DNA of 64,000 nt from Craspedostauros australis (Eukaryota). Below, piece after piece: positions 11,129 to 21,969 of this stretch. A program made the translations under genes and the position numbers. The stretch is from NCBI GenBank assembly GCA_030167865.1, contig JALAGF010005680.1, positions 1-64,000 on the forward strand, read 5' to 3'. How positions within the stretch are numbered: the first letter of the stretch is position 1; every line of letters begins with the position of its first letter. The notes below the pieces were generated by a model, which worked only from the letters and a program-made list of their open reading frames with translations, did not search any database and was not told the DNA's origin.

Positions 11129-13357
11129 CTACCAATCGCCCTCGCCCTCGTCATCGTCCCAATCCGCCTCTTCCATCTCCTCCAGCTTCTTCGCCGCGTC
11201 CAATCGGAACTGCGTCAACCCTGCCATGTCCTCCAAGTACGCGCCGTCCATGGATTTGCACACGTTCTGCACGAATTCCATCTTGTTGGCCTTGTACGCG
11301 TCGACGACACTCGAGGAACACGCGGTGCAGCAGCGAAAGGCTGGCACCTTGGGCGTCATCATGGTGTAGCTAACCAGGGAGCCTCTGACCTGATGCGGCA
11401 TGACACCCAACGCACCTGCCGAGGCATCGGATGTGGAGGGAGAGAAGTCTCCGGATCCTGTCTTTGGCGCGTCCGCGAAATGACGCAGCGGGTGATGCAG
11501 CAGGGCCACCATGAGCTCCACGGCCATGGAACTCGCGATTGGCGCGAGGCCTGGGCGGGTGACGGTGCATTGCTGATCCAAGGTCCTGTTCTTCGTGGAA
11601 TCCTCCGGAGCGACGATGTCGTTGCAGTAGTAGCAGCCCAGACGGTTGACTTCCTCCGGTGCTGTGTCGCCGTTGCCGAAACCGCCACCGTGGCGCATGA
11701 CGAGCCAACTGTCCAGACCAAGGGCAGCATTGATGAGGGTCTTGTCATGCGCAGCAGTCATGACGGTGGGGAGCCATCGGGACTCTCTCGTATCTGTCAG
11801 CAGGAACACGACATCCGCTTCTTGAACCAGCGCATCCAACGCAGACACCGATTTTTGTATTGATTCTGCCGGTTCTGGATGGCCTGGCATGGGGATCGAC
11901 AGCATGATACCTTCGCTCTCAACATCCGCAGCGATCAATCGCAGGTGTTCGGCGGCTGCTTGAGCCTTTGGCTTGCCTCGACCACCAGGGCCCTGGCAGT
12001 CCTCCAATGTGAAGAGGGGCTGCCGCACGGGATTGCTGTAGCTGACATGCCCGTAGTCCACGATCTTGACCTTCCGCACTCCCCAGCCCAGCAGAGTCCG
12101 CGCGACGTTGCATCCCAGAGTCCCGGCGCCAATCATGAGAACCTTCGTGGAATTGAGCAGTTCGACGTTGAGGTTGGGCAGCATTCTCCATTTCATGAGC
12201 TTGAGGTTGAGATCGGCTGCTTGGATGGCGAGATGCGTGGCGTCCAGCAAGGGACGTAGATTGACCCAGCGTGGACCCGGCTTTTTGCGTTGGTTCAGCT
12301 CCCATCCAGCTGCCTTGTAGTCTGCTGTCGTCGATGTCGCCTCCGATGATGATGATGTCGACGACGAGGCATCTGCTGCAGCGCTCCAATCATACGCCGC
12401 CTTCGTAGGGATGACCACGTGCATCACGGCACTGTCGCCAGCCTTCAGGTCGTCCAGAGCACCGTCGCCATCTCCTTCTGCCACATTCATCCGACGCATA
12501 TTGGCTGGACGATAGCTGAGAATGCGCACGGTCTTGCCTCCCAAATCGAGGTGAATGGAAAGGTAGGCAACGAGATTGCGCATGGGCCAACCGACCGTCT
12601 TCTGCGTAGCATCCATGGCGCCGCTGTCGCCGGCCGGATCGAAGAACCCGAACATGACATCAGCGAGGTCGGAGTCTTTCTCCACTTTCAAATCGTCGAT
12701 GCACGACAGTTGCAACGGCACAGTCGAATCCTTCGTTGTGACGAAGAACGCTTTCAGGCCGCCACCGGCGCTGGCATCATCCTTTCGCATCTGCTGCAAT
12801 CTGTTGGACAGCGCCGCCATTTCTTCGTTGGTCCACGCCGCCGACAGCGCCAACTGTTGAGTGCAGCGGATGGGACTGGAGCTCTTGGGCAGCAGGGCAG
12901 GAATGCCGAACCAGTACAGCACGCGATGGTTCTTGAGGTCGGCGAATGTGAGCAGCACAGCGGACACCAGCGATTCCACGTTCCCATCGACGAACTTCTG
13001 GCGCATCGACTGAACGAGGATCTTGTTCTTGTCCACCTTCTGGAAGGACTCGATGGTGTTGTACCCGATCAGCTGGATGGGGATCCTGACGCGCTCGTTG
13101 GGCAGAGGCGCATGTGGCTGATGCGAACTTTGCTGGCACAGCAGGCGAGGCGCTCCATCCACAGCGTAGCTTCCGACGATGTCGATCGGTTCCTCATTGA
13201 GCTGAATCGTCTCCAGCTTCGCTTCGCAGTACTTCACCCAGAACGGAGAATCCACAGACGAAGAGAACGGCGTGAACTTCACCACCCAACCGCCGCCGTC
13301 GTCATCATTGTTGTTGTTGTTGTTGTTGTTGGCGTTGTTGTTGGCGTTGTTGGCCAT
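11129..13357 (-). CDS. ATG7: Autophagy E1-like enzyme ATG7
   Basis: 742-aa ORF with ADLNLKLMKWRMLP, GAGTLGC, VSYSNPVRQ, DTRESRWLP, RLGCYYCND, the catalytic TLDQQCTVTRPG and PHQVRG. Confidence 0.97.
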   Translation of the reverse strand: MANNANNNANNNNNNNNDDDGGGWVVKFTPFSSSVDSPFWVKYCEAKLETIQLNEEPIDIVGSYAVDGAPRLLCQQSSHQPHAPLPNERVRIPIQLIGYNTIESFQKVDKNKILVQSMRQKFVDGNVESLVSAVLLTFADLKNHRVLYWFGIPALLPKSSSPIRCTQQLALSAAWTNEEMAALSNRLQQMRKDDASAGGGLKAFFVTTKDSTVPLQLSCIDDLKVEKDSDLADVMFGFFDPAGDSGAMDATQKTVGWPMRNLVAYLSIHLDLGGKTVRILSYRPANMRRMNVAEGDGDGALDDLKAGDSAVMHVVIPTKAAYDWSAAADASSSTSSSSEATSTTADYKAAGWELNQRKKPGPRWVNLRPLLDATHLAIQAADLNLKLMKWRMLPNLNVELLNSTKVLMIGAGTLGCNVARTLLGWGVRKVKIVDYGHVSYSNPVRQPLFTLEDCQGPGGRGKPKAQAAAEHLRLIAADVESEGIMLSIPMPGHPEPAESIQKSVSALDALVQEADVVFLLTDTRESRWLPTVMTAAHDKTLINAALGLDSWLVMRHGGGFGNGDTAPEEVNRLGCYYCNDIVAPEDSTKNRTLDQQCTVTRPGLAPIASSMAVELMVALLHHPLRHFADAPKTGSGDFSPSTSDASAGALGVMPHQVRGSLVSYTMMTPKVPAFRCCTACSSSVVDAYKANKMEFVQNVCKSMDGAYLEDMAGLTQFRLDAAKKLEEMEEADWDDDEGEGDW

Positions 13358-13866
13358 GGTGTCACGATGGTAAGAGTGAGAAGAAGTGGAGATCGACTAC
13401 GAGAACGAGCAGGAGTCGAGTAGATTGCTCTGGCAGAATCGTGTGTTATGTCCCAAGAGTTGATTGCGTGGTGTAGTACGACTACTATACGATCTACCTG
13501 TATGAGCTATGCATTGGCTGGAGAATGAGCAGAGGCAACACTCGAACAACAGCAACAACAACAGCAACAACAACATCAGCAACAACAACCACAGGAACCC
13601 AAACGAATTGTGTCGTGGCCATTTCCGTGTTCTGTTGCTTCTTGGTGTCTTGATGGTTTCGGCGGGTTTCGAAAATCTTTCTCGTTTTGGTCGTGATTGG
13701 CAGCTCACGGTTTGATCACGGCACACTTCAACTACACTCGTGCTTGTAGGCGTGATCTCAAGCTGCAGGTTTGCAACCTTGATACTCTTCATACTCAACA
13801 ATCCTCTTTCTCTCTCTCTCTCTCGCTGGAAATAGTTGAAGACCGTCTCTATAGTTTAGCAATGCC

Positions 13867-14439
13867 TCACGTCGATGGCGCAGAGGAGGGCACCTTGACC
13901 TTGATCAGTTCGTCTTCTGCGAAATGGAAGAAGAAGCCATCGTCGTTGCCACTACGACTATCGTCAGAGCTGTCAGCATCATCGTCTCCAGTGATCTCGT
14001 CCCCCGCTTCGGATCCTTTGAATTCAACTCTGACGGCCATGCAATTGTCCACCTGCTCAGCACAGCAGCACGTTGGATCCACTTCGCACTTTTCCCATGT
14101 CTCGACCACTGTTCCAATCCGATCTTTCAGGTTGTGACCGGCCTTCGTCACGTCCTCCACAACGCGCACTGTGTCCCCGGCCGTGAACCAGTAGCTTGCC
14201 GACGTGTCCCTCATGACAACGGCGGAGCGTGATCGGGATGGTGCTTGCAGCAGCAGCTGCTGATGCTGCAGTTGTCGGTGCTGTCCACTGTCACACTGGC
14301 TTCGGTTGTTGTGGCGACGATGGTGTCTCGGCGCATCACCGTTCAACATGAATGCTGCTGCGCTGGCGAGGAACGAGCAGCCAACCAACAACAAAATGGA
14401 TGCTCTCTGTTTCCACGAAGATCCGCTCATCTTTCTCAT
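13867..14439 (-). CDS. Plastid-targeted ferredoxin-thioredoxin reductase variable (alpha) chain-like SH3-fold protein
   Basis: Signal peptide ending ASAAA|F (ASAFAP-type) followed by a transit peptide. Mature GDTVRVVEDV...IGTVVETW...VRVEF...FHFAEDELIKV resembles the FTR variable chain pattern. Confidence 0.55.
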   Translation of the reverse strand: MRKMSGSSWKQRASILLLVGCSFLASAAAFMLNGDAPRHHRRHNNRSQCDSGQHRQLQHQQLLLQAPSRSRSAVVMRDTSASYWFTAGDTVRVVEDVTKAGHNLKDRIGTVVETWEKCEVDPTCCCAEQVDNCMAVRVEFKGSEAGDEITGDDDADSSDDSRSGNDDGFFFHFAEDELIKVKVPSSAPST

Positions 14440-14872
14440 TGCGCTGATGGCTGCGGCTGTCCCTTATTCTCAACACGAGAAAGAAGAATGGAATCGTCGA
14501 AAGGTGTGAATCATTGTTTGTGTGTGTTTGTTGAGAAGTGTCGCAATGTTGTGGTTGTTGTTGGCACTGAGGGTTGGTGGTTATTCACATTTTCTGACGT
14601 AAATCGACGAACTCCAGTGACCGACTCGACCAAACAATCGATGCACCAATGTAGAAATACATAAAGTCGCCGCAGCTCCAGGTATCCACAACCAACCAAA
14701 CACCTTTTGCCACCACAAAATGAAACAACACAACACCACTCACATCACAAATCAAGAATCCCCCTCGTGGCCGCTATTGCGATTTCGATTTCGATCCTCC
14801 GAGGAAGTAAACAACATCGAAACACCACTCCACTACATTACATTGCATTACATTAAGAACAGCCTTTTCATC

Positions 14873-17275
14873 ATGTTCCAGGTTGGACGCTTCGATCCTC
14901 GTCAGGAGGAACGTGAAAAGAAACGGAAAAAGACGAAGCGCAAGAGGAAGATCGTCGGTACCGATGATCGGAATGATGATGATGACACCAAAACCGAACG
15001 AGGTGATGGTATGGACAAGTCCAAATCATCGAAGAAAAAGAAGAAATCGAAGCGCAAGAAGGATGAGCAAGAGGATGGCAGCCCCCAACAAAGCTCGGCT
15101 TCATCCGGGATGCACGTCATCGCACCTGAATCAACAGGACCATCCTCACAAGCCAAGAAGCTTTCGACCAAGGCCAGCGAGGAGGCATTCAACGATCTTG
15201 AGATCGTGGATGCAGTGGAGGTTGGCGTGGCTGATCCAGTAGTGCCTGATGGAGCGGAGGAATTGAAGCCTCTCGCCGAGGATGGGTCGTCGGCACCGAT
15301 GGAGGAGGACGAAGACGAAGGTCTGCTGAGTGATGTTCAGATCGCGATTCGCCTGTCCGAGAAACCCATCAAGCAGGTTGCGGAAGGTTGGAAACTGGCG
15401 CCGTTCCTGTTGGAGAATCTTGTGAAAGATGGTTACGAATCCTTCTTCCCGATCCAGGCACTGGTCATCCCAGATGTTATCGCCACGGAACATCACGCAA
15501 ATGTGCAGGCGAGGGATGTTTGCGTCGCCGCGCCCACGGGATCCGGCAAGACGTTGGCCTTCGTGCTCCCCGTCCTCAATTCATTGTCCACGCGACAAGT
15601 ACGGCGGCTGAGAGCGCTCGTCGTGCTTCCCAGCAGAGACCTGGCCAAACAGGTGTACGACGTGTTTGTGCATTACGCGAATGGTTCCGATCTGAAGATA
15701 GGGCTGGCCGTCGGCCAGGCTGACTTCGTCGAAGAGCAGCGCAGTCTCGTGATTGGCCAGCATGATGACAGATCCAGCGCAGATCGTGGTCTACTGTCCA
15801 AACTCGAATACAGCTTGGATCCTCTCGATGTGCAGAAAGCCCTGGACACGTTCGGATTGGATGGCAGCATTAGCAGCAGCTACGGCGCAGCCTACGCTCA
15901 GCCGCTTGACCAGCAAATACCGGCTGGTGGAGTGAGCGCCGTAGATGTTCTGGTTTGCACTCCAGGTCGGCTTGTCGACCATTTGGACAACACACCCGGA
16001 TTCACTCTGCAGCATCTGCGCTTTCTGGTCATTGATGAGGCTGATCGATTGCTCAACCAGAGCTACCACGGATGGATTAATCGCGTCACAGAAAGCGCGA
16101 ATGGCGCGACTGTGAAGGCTCTTCATCACGGATCTGCCATGGTGTCGGACGATGAAGTCGCCGCGGTATCAAAAACAACTTCATCAGCAGCAGCATCGAT
16201 GCCATCCTCTCCATTGCACTCAACGGCAAGGCTGCACGATCCCAGCTTGTTCGTCAACCCCATCACGTGGCGACGGCTGAAACACAGACAGGACAACTAC
16301 AACAAAAACAACGATGGCAACGGTGACGAAGGACGTGGCAACGACAACAACAACGATGACGACGCGCGAGCAATGTCGATACCGAGCGTGTGCCAACCGG
16401 TACAACTTCGAAAGATGCTGTACTCGGCCACCATGACGCGCGATCCGCAGAAGCTGGCCCCGTTACGTCTCGTCAACCCCAAGCACTTTGATGCGCATCA
16501 TGTATCTAACCATGGCGGTGGGACGTCTCGGCATCTCTACGTCATGCCGCAGAAGCTGGAGGAGTGCACGGTTCAATGCACCGCGGAACAGAAACCGATC
16601 GCGTTGCTTGCCGTTCTGCTGGAGCAGATTGAGTTGCAGAATGCCCAGCGTGGCGACGAAAACGAGCAACGAGGACAAGATCCATCGAGATCGAACGGCA
16701 GGCATGCGAGAAGCAACGAGAAGCAGATCATCGTTGTGTTCACCTCGAGCTTGGAATCCACTCACAGACTGGCACGTCTATTGCAGCTGCTGTGGAAGGC
16801 GGCAGGCTTGGGCGACAGCCGGCAGGTCGCGGAGTTCTCCAGCGCCTTGGATCAGAGACAACGGTCTGAGCTGGTGTCGCGGTGCAGAGATCCAAACGAT
16901 GCCATCTCGGTCGTCGTTTGTTCCGACGGTATGTCCCGAGGCATGGACATCGCGTTCGTCTCGGCGGTCGTCAACTACGACGTCCCTGGCTACGCCAAGA
17001 CGTACGTCCACCGCACAGGCAGGACCGCACGCGCAGGTCGGTCTGGAAAGGCCGTGACGATGATGAAGGAGGGGCAGGTGGGGCAGTTCTACCGAATGAG
17101 GAAGCTGATCAAGGACCATGAACGTGTGTGCAGCATGCCCATCAACACGGCACCCGTCAGGGCAGCGATTCCCGTGTACAAGACCTGCGTTGGGGCGCTT
17201 CGGAAGGTGTTGGAAGCAGAAGAAGATGGCGACCTCGAAACGACCGATGTTGCTCTGGGTGTGTACCTATCCTAA
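14873..17275 (+). CDS. DDX51: DEAD-box RNA helicase, DDX51/Dbp6 type
   Basis: FFPIQ, APTGSGKT, PSRDLA, TPGRLVDHL, DEAD, SAT, SRGMD and YVHRTGRTARAG motifs. RLRALVVLP and GFTLQHLRFLVIDEADRLL are typical of Dbp6/DDX51. Start taken at ATG 14873 (MFQVGRFDP). Confidence 0.9.
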   Translation: MFQVGRFDPRQEEREKKRKKTKRKRKIVGTDDRNDDDDTKTERGDGMDKSKSSKKKKKSKRKKDEQEDGSPQQSSASSGMHVIAPESTGPSSQAKKLSTKASEEAFNDLEIVDAVEVGVADPVVPDGAEELKPLAEDGSSAPMEEDEDEGLLSDVQIAIRLSEKPIKQVAEGWKLAPFLLENLVKDGYESFFPIQALVIPDVIATEHHANVQARDVCVAAPTGSGKTLAFVLPVLNSLSTRQVRRLRALVVLPSRDLAKQVYDVFVHYANGSDLKIGLAVGQADFVEEQRSLVIGQHDDRSSADRGLLSKLEYSLDPLDVQKALDTFGLDGSISSSYGAAYAQPLDQQIPAGGVSAVDVLVCTPGRLVDHLDNTPGFTLQHLRFLVIDEADRLLNQSYHGWINRVTESANGATVKALHHGSAMVSDDEVAAVSKTTSSAAASMPSSPLHSTARLHDPSLFVNPITWRRLKHRQDNYNKNNDGNGDEGRGNDNNNDDDARAMSIPSVCQPVQLRKMLYSATMTRDPQKLAPLRLVNPKHFDAHHVSNHGGGTSRHLYVMPQKLEECTVQCTAEQKPIALLAVLLEQIELQNAQRGDENEQRGQDPSRSNGRHARSNEKQIIVVFTSSLESTHRLARLLQLLWKAAGLGDSRQVAEFSSALDQRQRSELVSRCRDPNDAISVVVCSDGMSRGMDIAFVSAVVNYDVPGYAKTYVHRTGRTARAGRSGKAVTMMKEGQVGQFYRMRKLIKDHERVCSMPINTAPVRAAIPVYKTCVGALRKVLEAEEDGDLETTDVALGVYLS

Positions 17276-17497
17276 CTTCACACTTGCAATTGAAGAGTAC
17301 AAGAAGTGTACGAACACACTCGGTAGTTTTGCTCCAAACCTCTACGCGTATCGTGTGTTATTTCTTCTGCAATGAGCTGGACTGCTCATGTGGGCATCTC
17401 CAAGACAAACAGGCAGATGAGGAGAATGAGGTGTCGTTCGTCGGCGACAGTGCTGCTAGAAGTAGTTGTTAACCCATCGCTATTCAATTGTTGGAAT

Positions 17498-18619
17498 TTA
17501 GACAGAGGTGACGGCGTAGACGCGGATGATGTTGTCGGAGTATCCAGCGAAGAGGGTTGATCCATCGGCGGACCAGGAGATGGAGGTGCAGGATGGGATC
17601 TTGCCACCCTCTTCCTCGTCTGGGCGGATGGTGTCAACGACGACCTTGGACTCGAGGTCCCAGATCTTGATGGAGTCGTTGGTGGCGGCGCACAACCAGT
17701 AGCGGTTTGGCGAGAAGATGAGGCCGTTGATGATCTCACCGGCATCGAGGGAGTAGAGGCGCTTGCCTTCGTTCAGGTCCCAGAGCATGGCGGTGTTGTC
17801 CTTACCTCCAGAGGCAGCGAGGGAACCGTCTGGGGAGACGCAGACGGTGTTGAGGTAGCCGGTGTGGCCGATGAGGTTGTTGCGGAGCTTGCAGTTGGTC
17901 AGATTCCAGACCTTGACAACGCGGTCCCATCCGCTGGAGACGATGAGTGGGATGGATTGCGATGGGGAGAAGGTCACACAGGAGACCCACTCGGTGTGTC
18001 CATCGGACTCGCCGCTGATCTTGAACTTGCACTCTCCGAGGGTGTTCCAGAGACGGATGGTTCCATCACGGGCACCTGCGGCGTGGTACGGATCGGATTG
18101 GAGATTTTCAGAAATGGATTGGGGGTAGAGCATTTCGAGGAGACGATGTGAGTGTGGATGTTGGTAGTTGAGGAAGTAAACTACAGCAGAACGCACCCAA
18201 CTTGCACCAAGTCAGTTGTACCAGACGACATGATCGAACTTACCGGAGACGATCTGACGGTTGTCAGCAGAGAAGGCAACGGAGAGGACGTCCTTCTCGT
18301 GGCCGACGAAGCGGCGGGTGCACTTTCCGTTGGCGATGTCCCAGAGGCGGAGCTCGGAATCCCAACTGGCGGAGAGAGCGAAGGCACCGTCGGAGGAGAT
18401 CACGACATCGGAGACGAAGTGGGAGTGTCCGCGGAGGGCACGCAGGGCGTATCCGTAGGACATGCTGTCGGAGGAGGCATGGGTCAAGCGCCACACCATG
18501 ACAGACTTGTCACGGGACGAGGAGAGGAGGAGGTTTGGGTCCTCTGGGGTGGTGGCGAGGCTGGTGACCCAGTCGCCATGGCCCTCAAGGGTTCCGCGGA
18601 GAGACAAAGTTTCGCTCAT
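17498..18619 (-). CDS. RACK1: RACK1 / G-beta-like WD40 ribosomal scaffold protein (2 exons)
   Basis: Exons 18619-18244 and 18075-17498. [66 protein letters not shown] and [11 protein letters not shown]. Confidence 0.97.
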
Positions 18620-19288
18620 GATTGCTGTTGCTGGTGATGGAGTCGCTGATGGAGATCGTCGGATCGTTCTTGCAAATGGTTTGCGTTGTGTGCGCGGGAG
18701 GGCAGACAGAGGGCGAGAGAGAGAGAAAGAGAGTCCCAAGAGAAGCGCATCGCATTCGGCTCTCCTCCTGGGTTGGCATCATCGCCGCCACCACTGCCCA
18801 CCACTCACCACCCACAACCCAACACAAACCACCAACAGAGAGGTGAGCTGGACCCATCCCTTGACCCAGAGACGATGCGACGCCCGGTGTCACGTTGCGA
18901 AAACACGTGCTGCGACTCTCACGACCAACCAACTTTTTAGTAAAGTGGTTTTTTCGTCTCTCTGGTATTGGTACATCGGCAAATTGTTGATATACTATGC
19001 AATATCTAAACAGAGGTATTGTTTTCGTCGAAATCGTATCTTCCCAGAACAGAACCAGAATCAACACAACAACAGCATTCTCACACACGCAACGGCACCA
19101 TCGATGAGAGTTTGGTTGCCCATCCGCCATCCTCATTCTTCACTCTTGGCCTCGTTTGGAGACAACTCTCACTTTCGTTTAGACAATCGCAGCCACCGAA
19201 GTCACAAGCTGATCAGAGCTGATCGACGACCATTCCATTCAGTACGATTTATCATCGCGTCCTCGTTCGCATCAAAGCAGACTCAACA

Positions 19289-21763
19289 ATGACGCAAAGC
19301 ACAGGCGCTTCCGGGGACCATGGAGAAGGTGGCTCCGAGGCAGAGGTTGATAGCGAGGCCATGATGATGAAAATGATGATGATGCAGCAGCAAGGCACGA
19401 AGGCAAGTGCGAAGTCGAGCGTCGATGCAAATGCAAAGTCCAAACCCAAAGTCAGATTCGCCGCAAGCACGAAAACGGCAACCAAGACAGCACGCGGGCA
19501 GCCTCAACGTCAGAAGAATCCAGCCAAGGTGGGGAAGGCAAGTCCCATCCGTGACCTCGCCATCTTCGTGTGCTTCATGGGCTTCGTTGTGTACGTTGCA
19601 TTGGTCAACGAGAACATGGGGGACACGCAAGAGCTCATCGAAAAGCCAGCGCCGACGACGTTGGAAGAAATGAGGGCCTCCATGTCGAAGATGATGTCGG
19701 AGGCAATGAAATCAAAGAAAGTGACCAAGGATTGCGACCTTTTCCTCACCCCGAGCTCCATACCAGGCGCTGGGATCGGAGTATTTGCTGGCAAGAGCTA
19801 CGCAAAGGGGGAAGTTGTGGTGAGTCTGCCTGGCTACCATACTATCACGACCTCTTTTCGGAGGTCATTGATGCAATGAAATGCTGTCTTGTGACGTCGT
19901 GATGCACGGTTCCATATTTCAATGTGCGAGTCGTTCGCACCATCCTCATTCCCCGCTGCCCATGCAATGCTGCTCTTGCTTCTCCCACACTGCACCTGAT
20001 ACTGCTTCTACTTGCAGATGAGGACTGGATCGTCGGTTCTGCCGTTAGAAGCAGACAGCGGCACCATCTACTACAACCCGATCGCGGGTGTGCTGCGGCA
20101 CCATCCAGAATTGGCCAACATCGAAACCGAATCTCTGTGGTTCGATGACCTCAATGAGGCTGGACCTCGAGAGTTGGTCGCGTCACGGGACATCCAACCT
20201 GGCGATGAATTATTCGTGCCATTCTCCACACATCCGCACAGCAAGGCCACGCAAGGCACGCAGGGGCTCTTTGACGACATCCCGCTAGTCACAGATTACG
20301 AGATGGCGGATGCAATCATACAGGATTGCAGACACAGGCTGAAAGCCAGATCATACTCGACGCCCAAGAAGAATTTCGTCGCAATAGGTGAGTTTGGGAG
20401 TTGATAATCACGGTGCTTCAATCTCAATGTCATCGCAACGCAACGCAGTGCACATCATCGTCATGCACTGCGATGGAGAGCGGGACATGAATATGTCCTC
20501 GCTGAGTACAATTGAAGCATTATCATCTTCCAACCTCTGCGTTTGTCACGTGCTTGAATCAGGTGTGATGACGAAAGATCGATTGATGTTGTCGCCAACC
20601 CGACGGCCGAGAGGATACTCACCACGCCATCATCATCATCATCATCAATTCGCTCTTTCTCCCTTTTTCACGGCAACATTCTTCGCACACCCAATACTCT
20701 GCATGCACGCAACGCATGATTGCGTCTACTATGCGCTTGGATTCGTACATGGAATGTGTTGGAATGCATTAACCAACGCTCTATATCTCTACTGCGCATG
20801 TGGATAGGCGGGGCATTATTGTTGGCGAGGGCAGTGGCGCGTCAATTCAATCCGAAAGTAGCGGAGCTACTACCAATCATGGCTGAGGAACTGCTGCAAT
20901 ACAGCAATGGAGAAAAGAGCGTGACCAGAGCAATGCGTCCCAAGGGGTACGATAGAATTACCATACACGGAAAGTGCTTCGATGGTTCGTTCCTTCCGGA
21001 AGCTTCGACTGATGACTTCATGGTGGCAAAGCGAAAGGTGTCGAAAGATGAAGTCATCCATCATGCTCCAGCTGTTCTCGTCGACAGGGAGGCCTACACC
21101 GCGAATGGTGACGGTCAAGACGATTGTCCCGCCACAGTCGTCCAGCACTGCATACAGAGCGCACAATCATCGCAACTCATCTGCCCGTTGACATCGGGGG
21201 CCTTTGAATTCACACCAATTGAAGCAGAAACTCATGACATCGAGAATGACGTTGACAATGACGTCGAGAATGAAGATGACAGCGCAGCCCAATCGGATGA
21301 ACAGGAAACGGACCAACCTGTGTCGCACGTAAACGGCATGAGTAAACACAATGCCATCGTGCGATGGGGCACAGAGACTTTGAAGGAAGGATCACTCTTG
21401 AAGGGCACCAGCATGGCCGAGAACAATGGCGCCGGGCAGGCAAAGCGCGACTACACCTCGGTTCAGTTTGTGGCCACGCGAGATATCATGCCCAACGAAA
21501 AGGTACGTTGCGTTGAATTGCATTGCATTGCATTTGGTTGAGCCATAGATGGTTGCAGCTTCGCAGCGTTCATGATTCTGTGACTTGGCGTGTCATTGAA
21601 GGCCGAAGCGTGGAGGCAGACGCTGGTAGAGTACGTCAATCTCACCTTGCCTCCGTGCACTATCCGCCATTCTTCTAATCTATTGTGACTACCTGTAACT
21701 CTGCAGATCATCGTGATGGAGAATCCAATGATGCTGCAACAACTGTTAGAAAACAAGGGTTGA
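19289..21763 (+). CDS. Single-TM protein with two SET-like domains (4 exons)
   Basis: Exons 19289-19819, 20018-20387, 20808-21502, 21707-21763 join in frame via GT-AG introns. TM LAIFVCFMGFVVYVALV. SET1: CDLFLTPSSIPGAGIGVFAG...RHHPELAN...ASRDIQPGDELFVPF. SET2: VAKRKVSKDEVI...HNAIVRW...VATRDIMPNEKII. Confidence 0.75.
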
Positions 21764-21969
21764 ATGCATTGTTGCATGCGAGCGAGAGACCAACAGTTTG
21801 TTTCCACTATCATAATTGCGCAGTCTTCTCGCAGAATAGTCGTAACAATAGTCATCGAGTAGCACTGATCTTCATGACATCATGATTGCTCCGTACGCGT
21901 GTGAATTGCGCACACTCTACTGCCATACTCGGCTCCATGCGCCAGCGGTGTTTTCCGTCATAGATTGCG

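Noticed and set aside
18076..18243. Intronic C/D snoRNA in RACK1, as in yeast ASC1 and vertebrate RACK1 introns
   Set aside because: The sense strand of the intron has CTGA but no RTGATGA box C and no recognisable rRNA guide.
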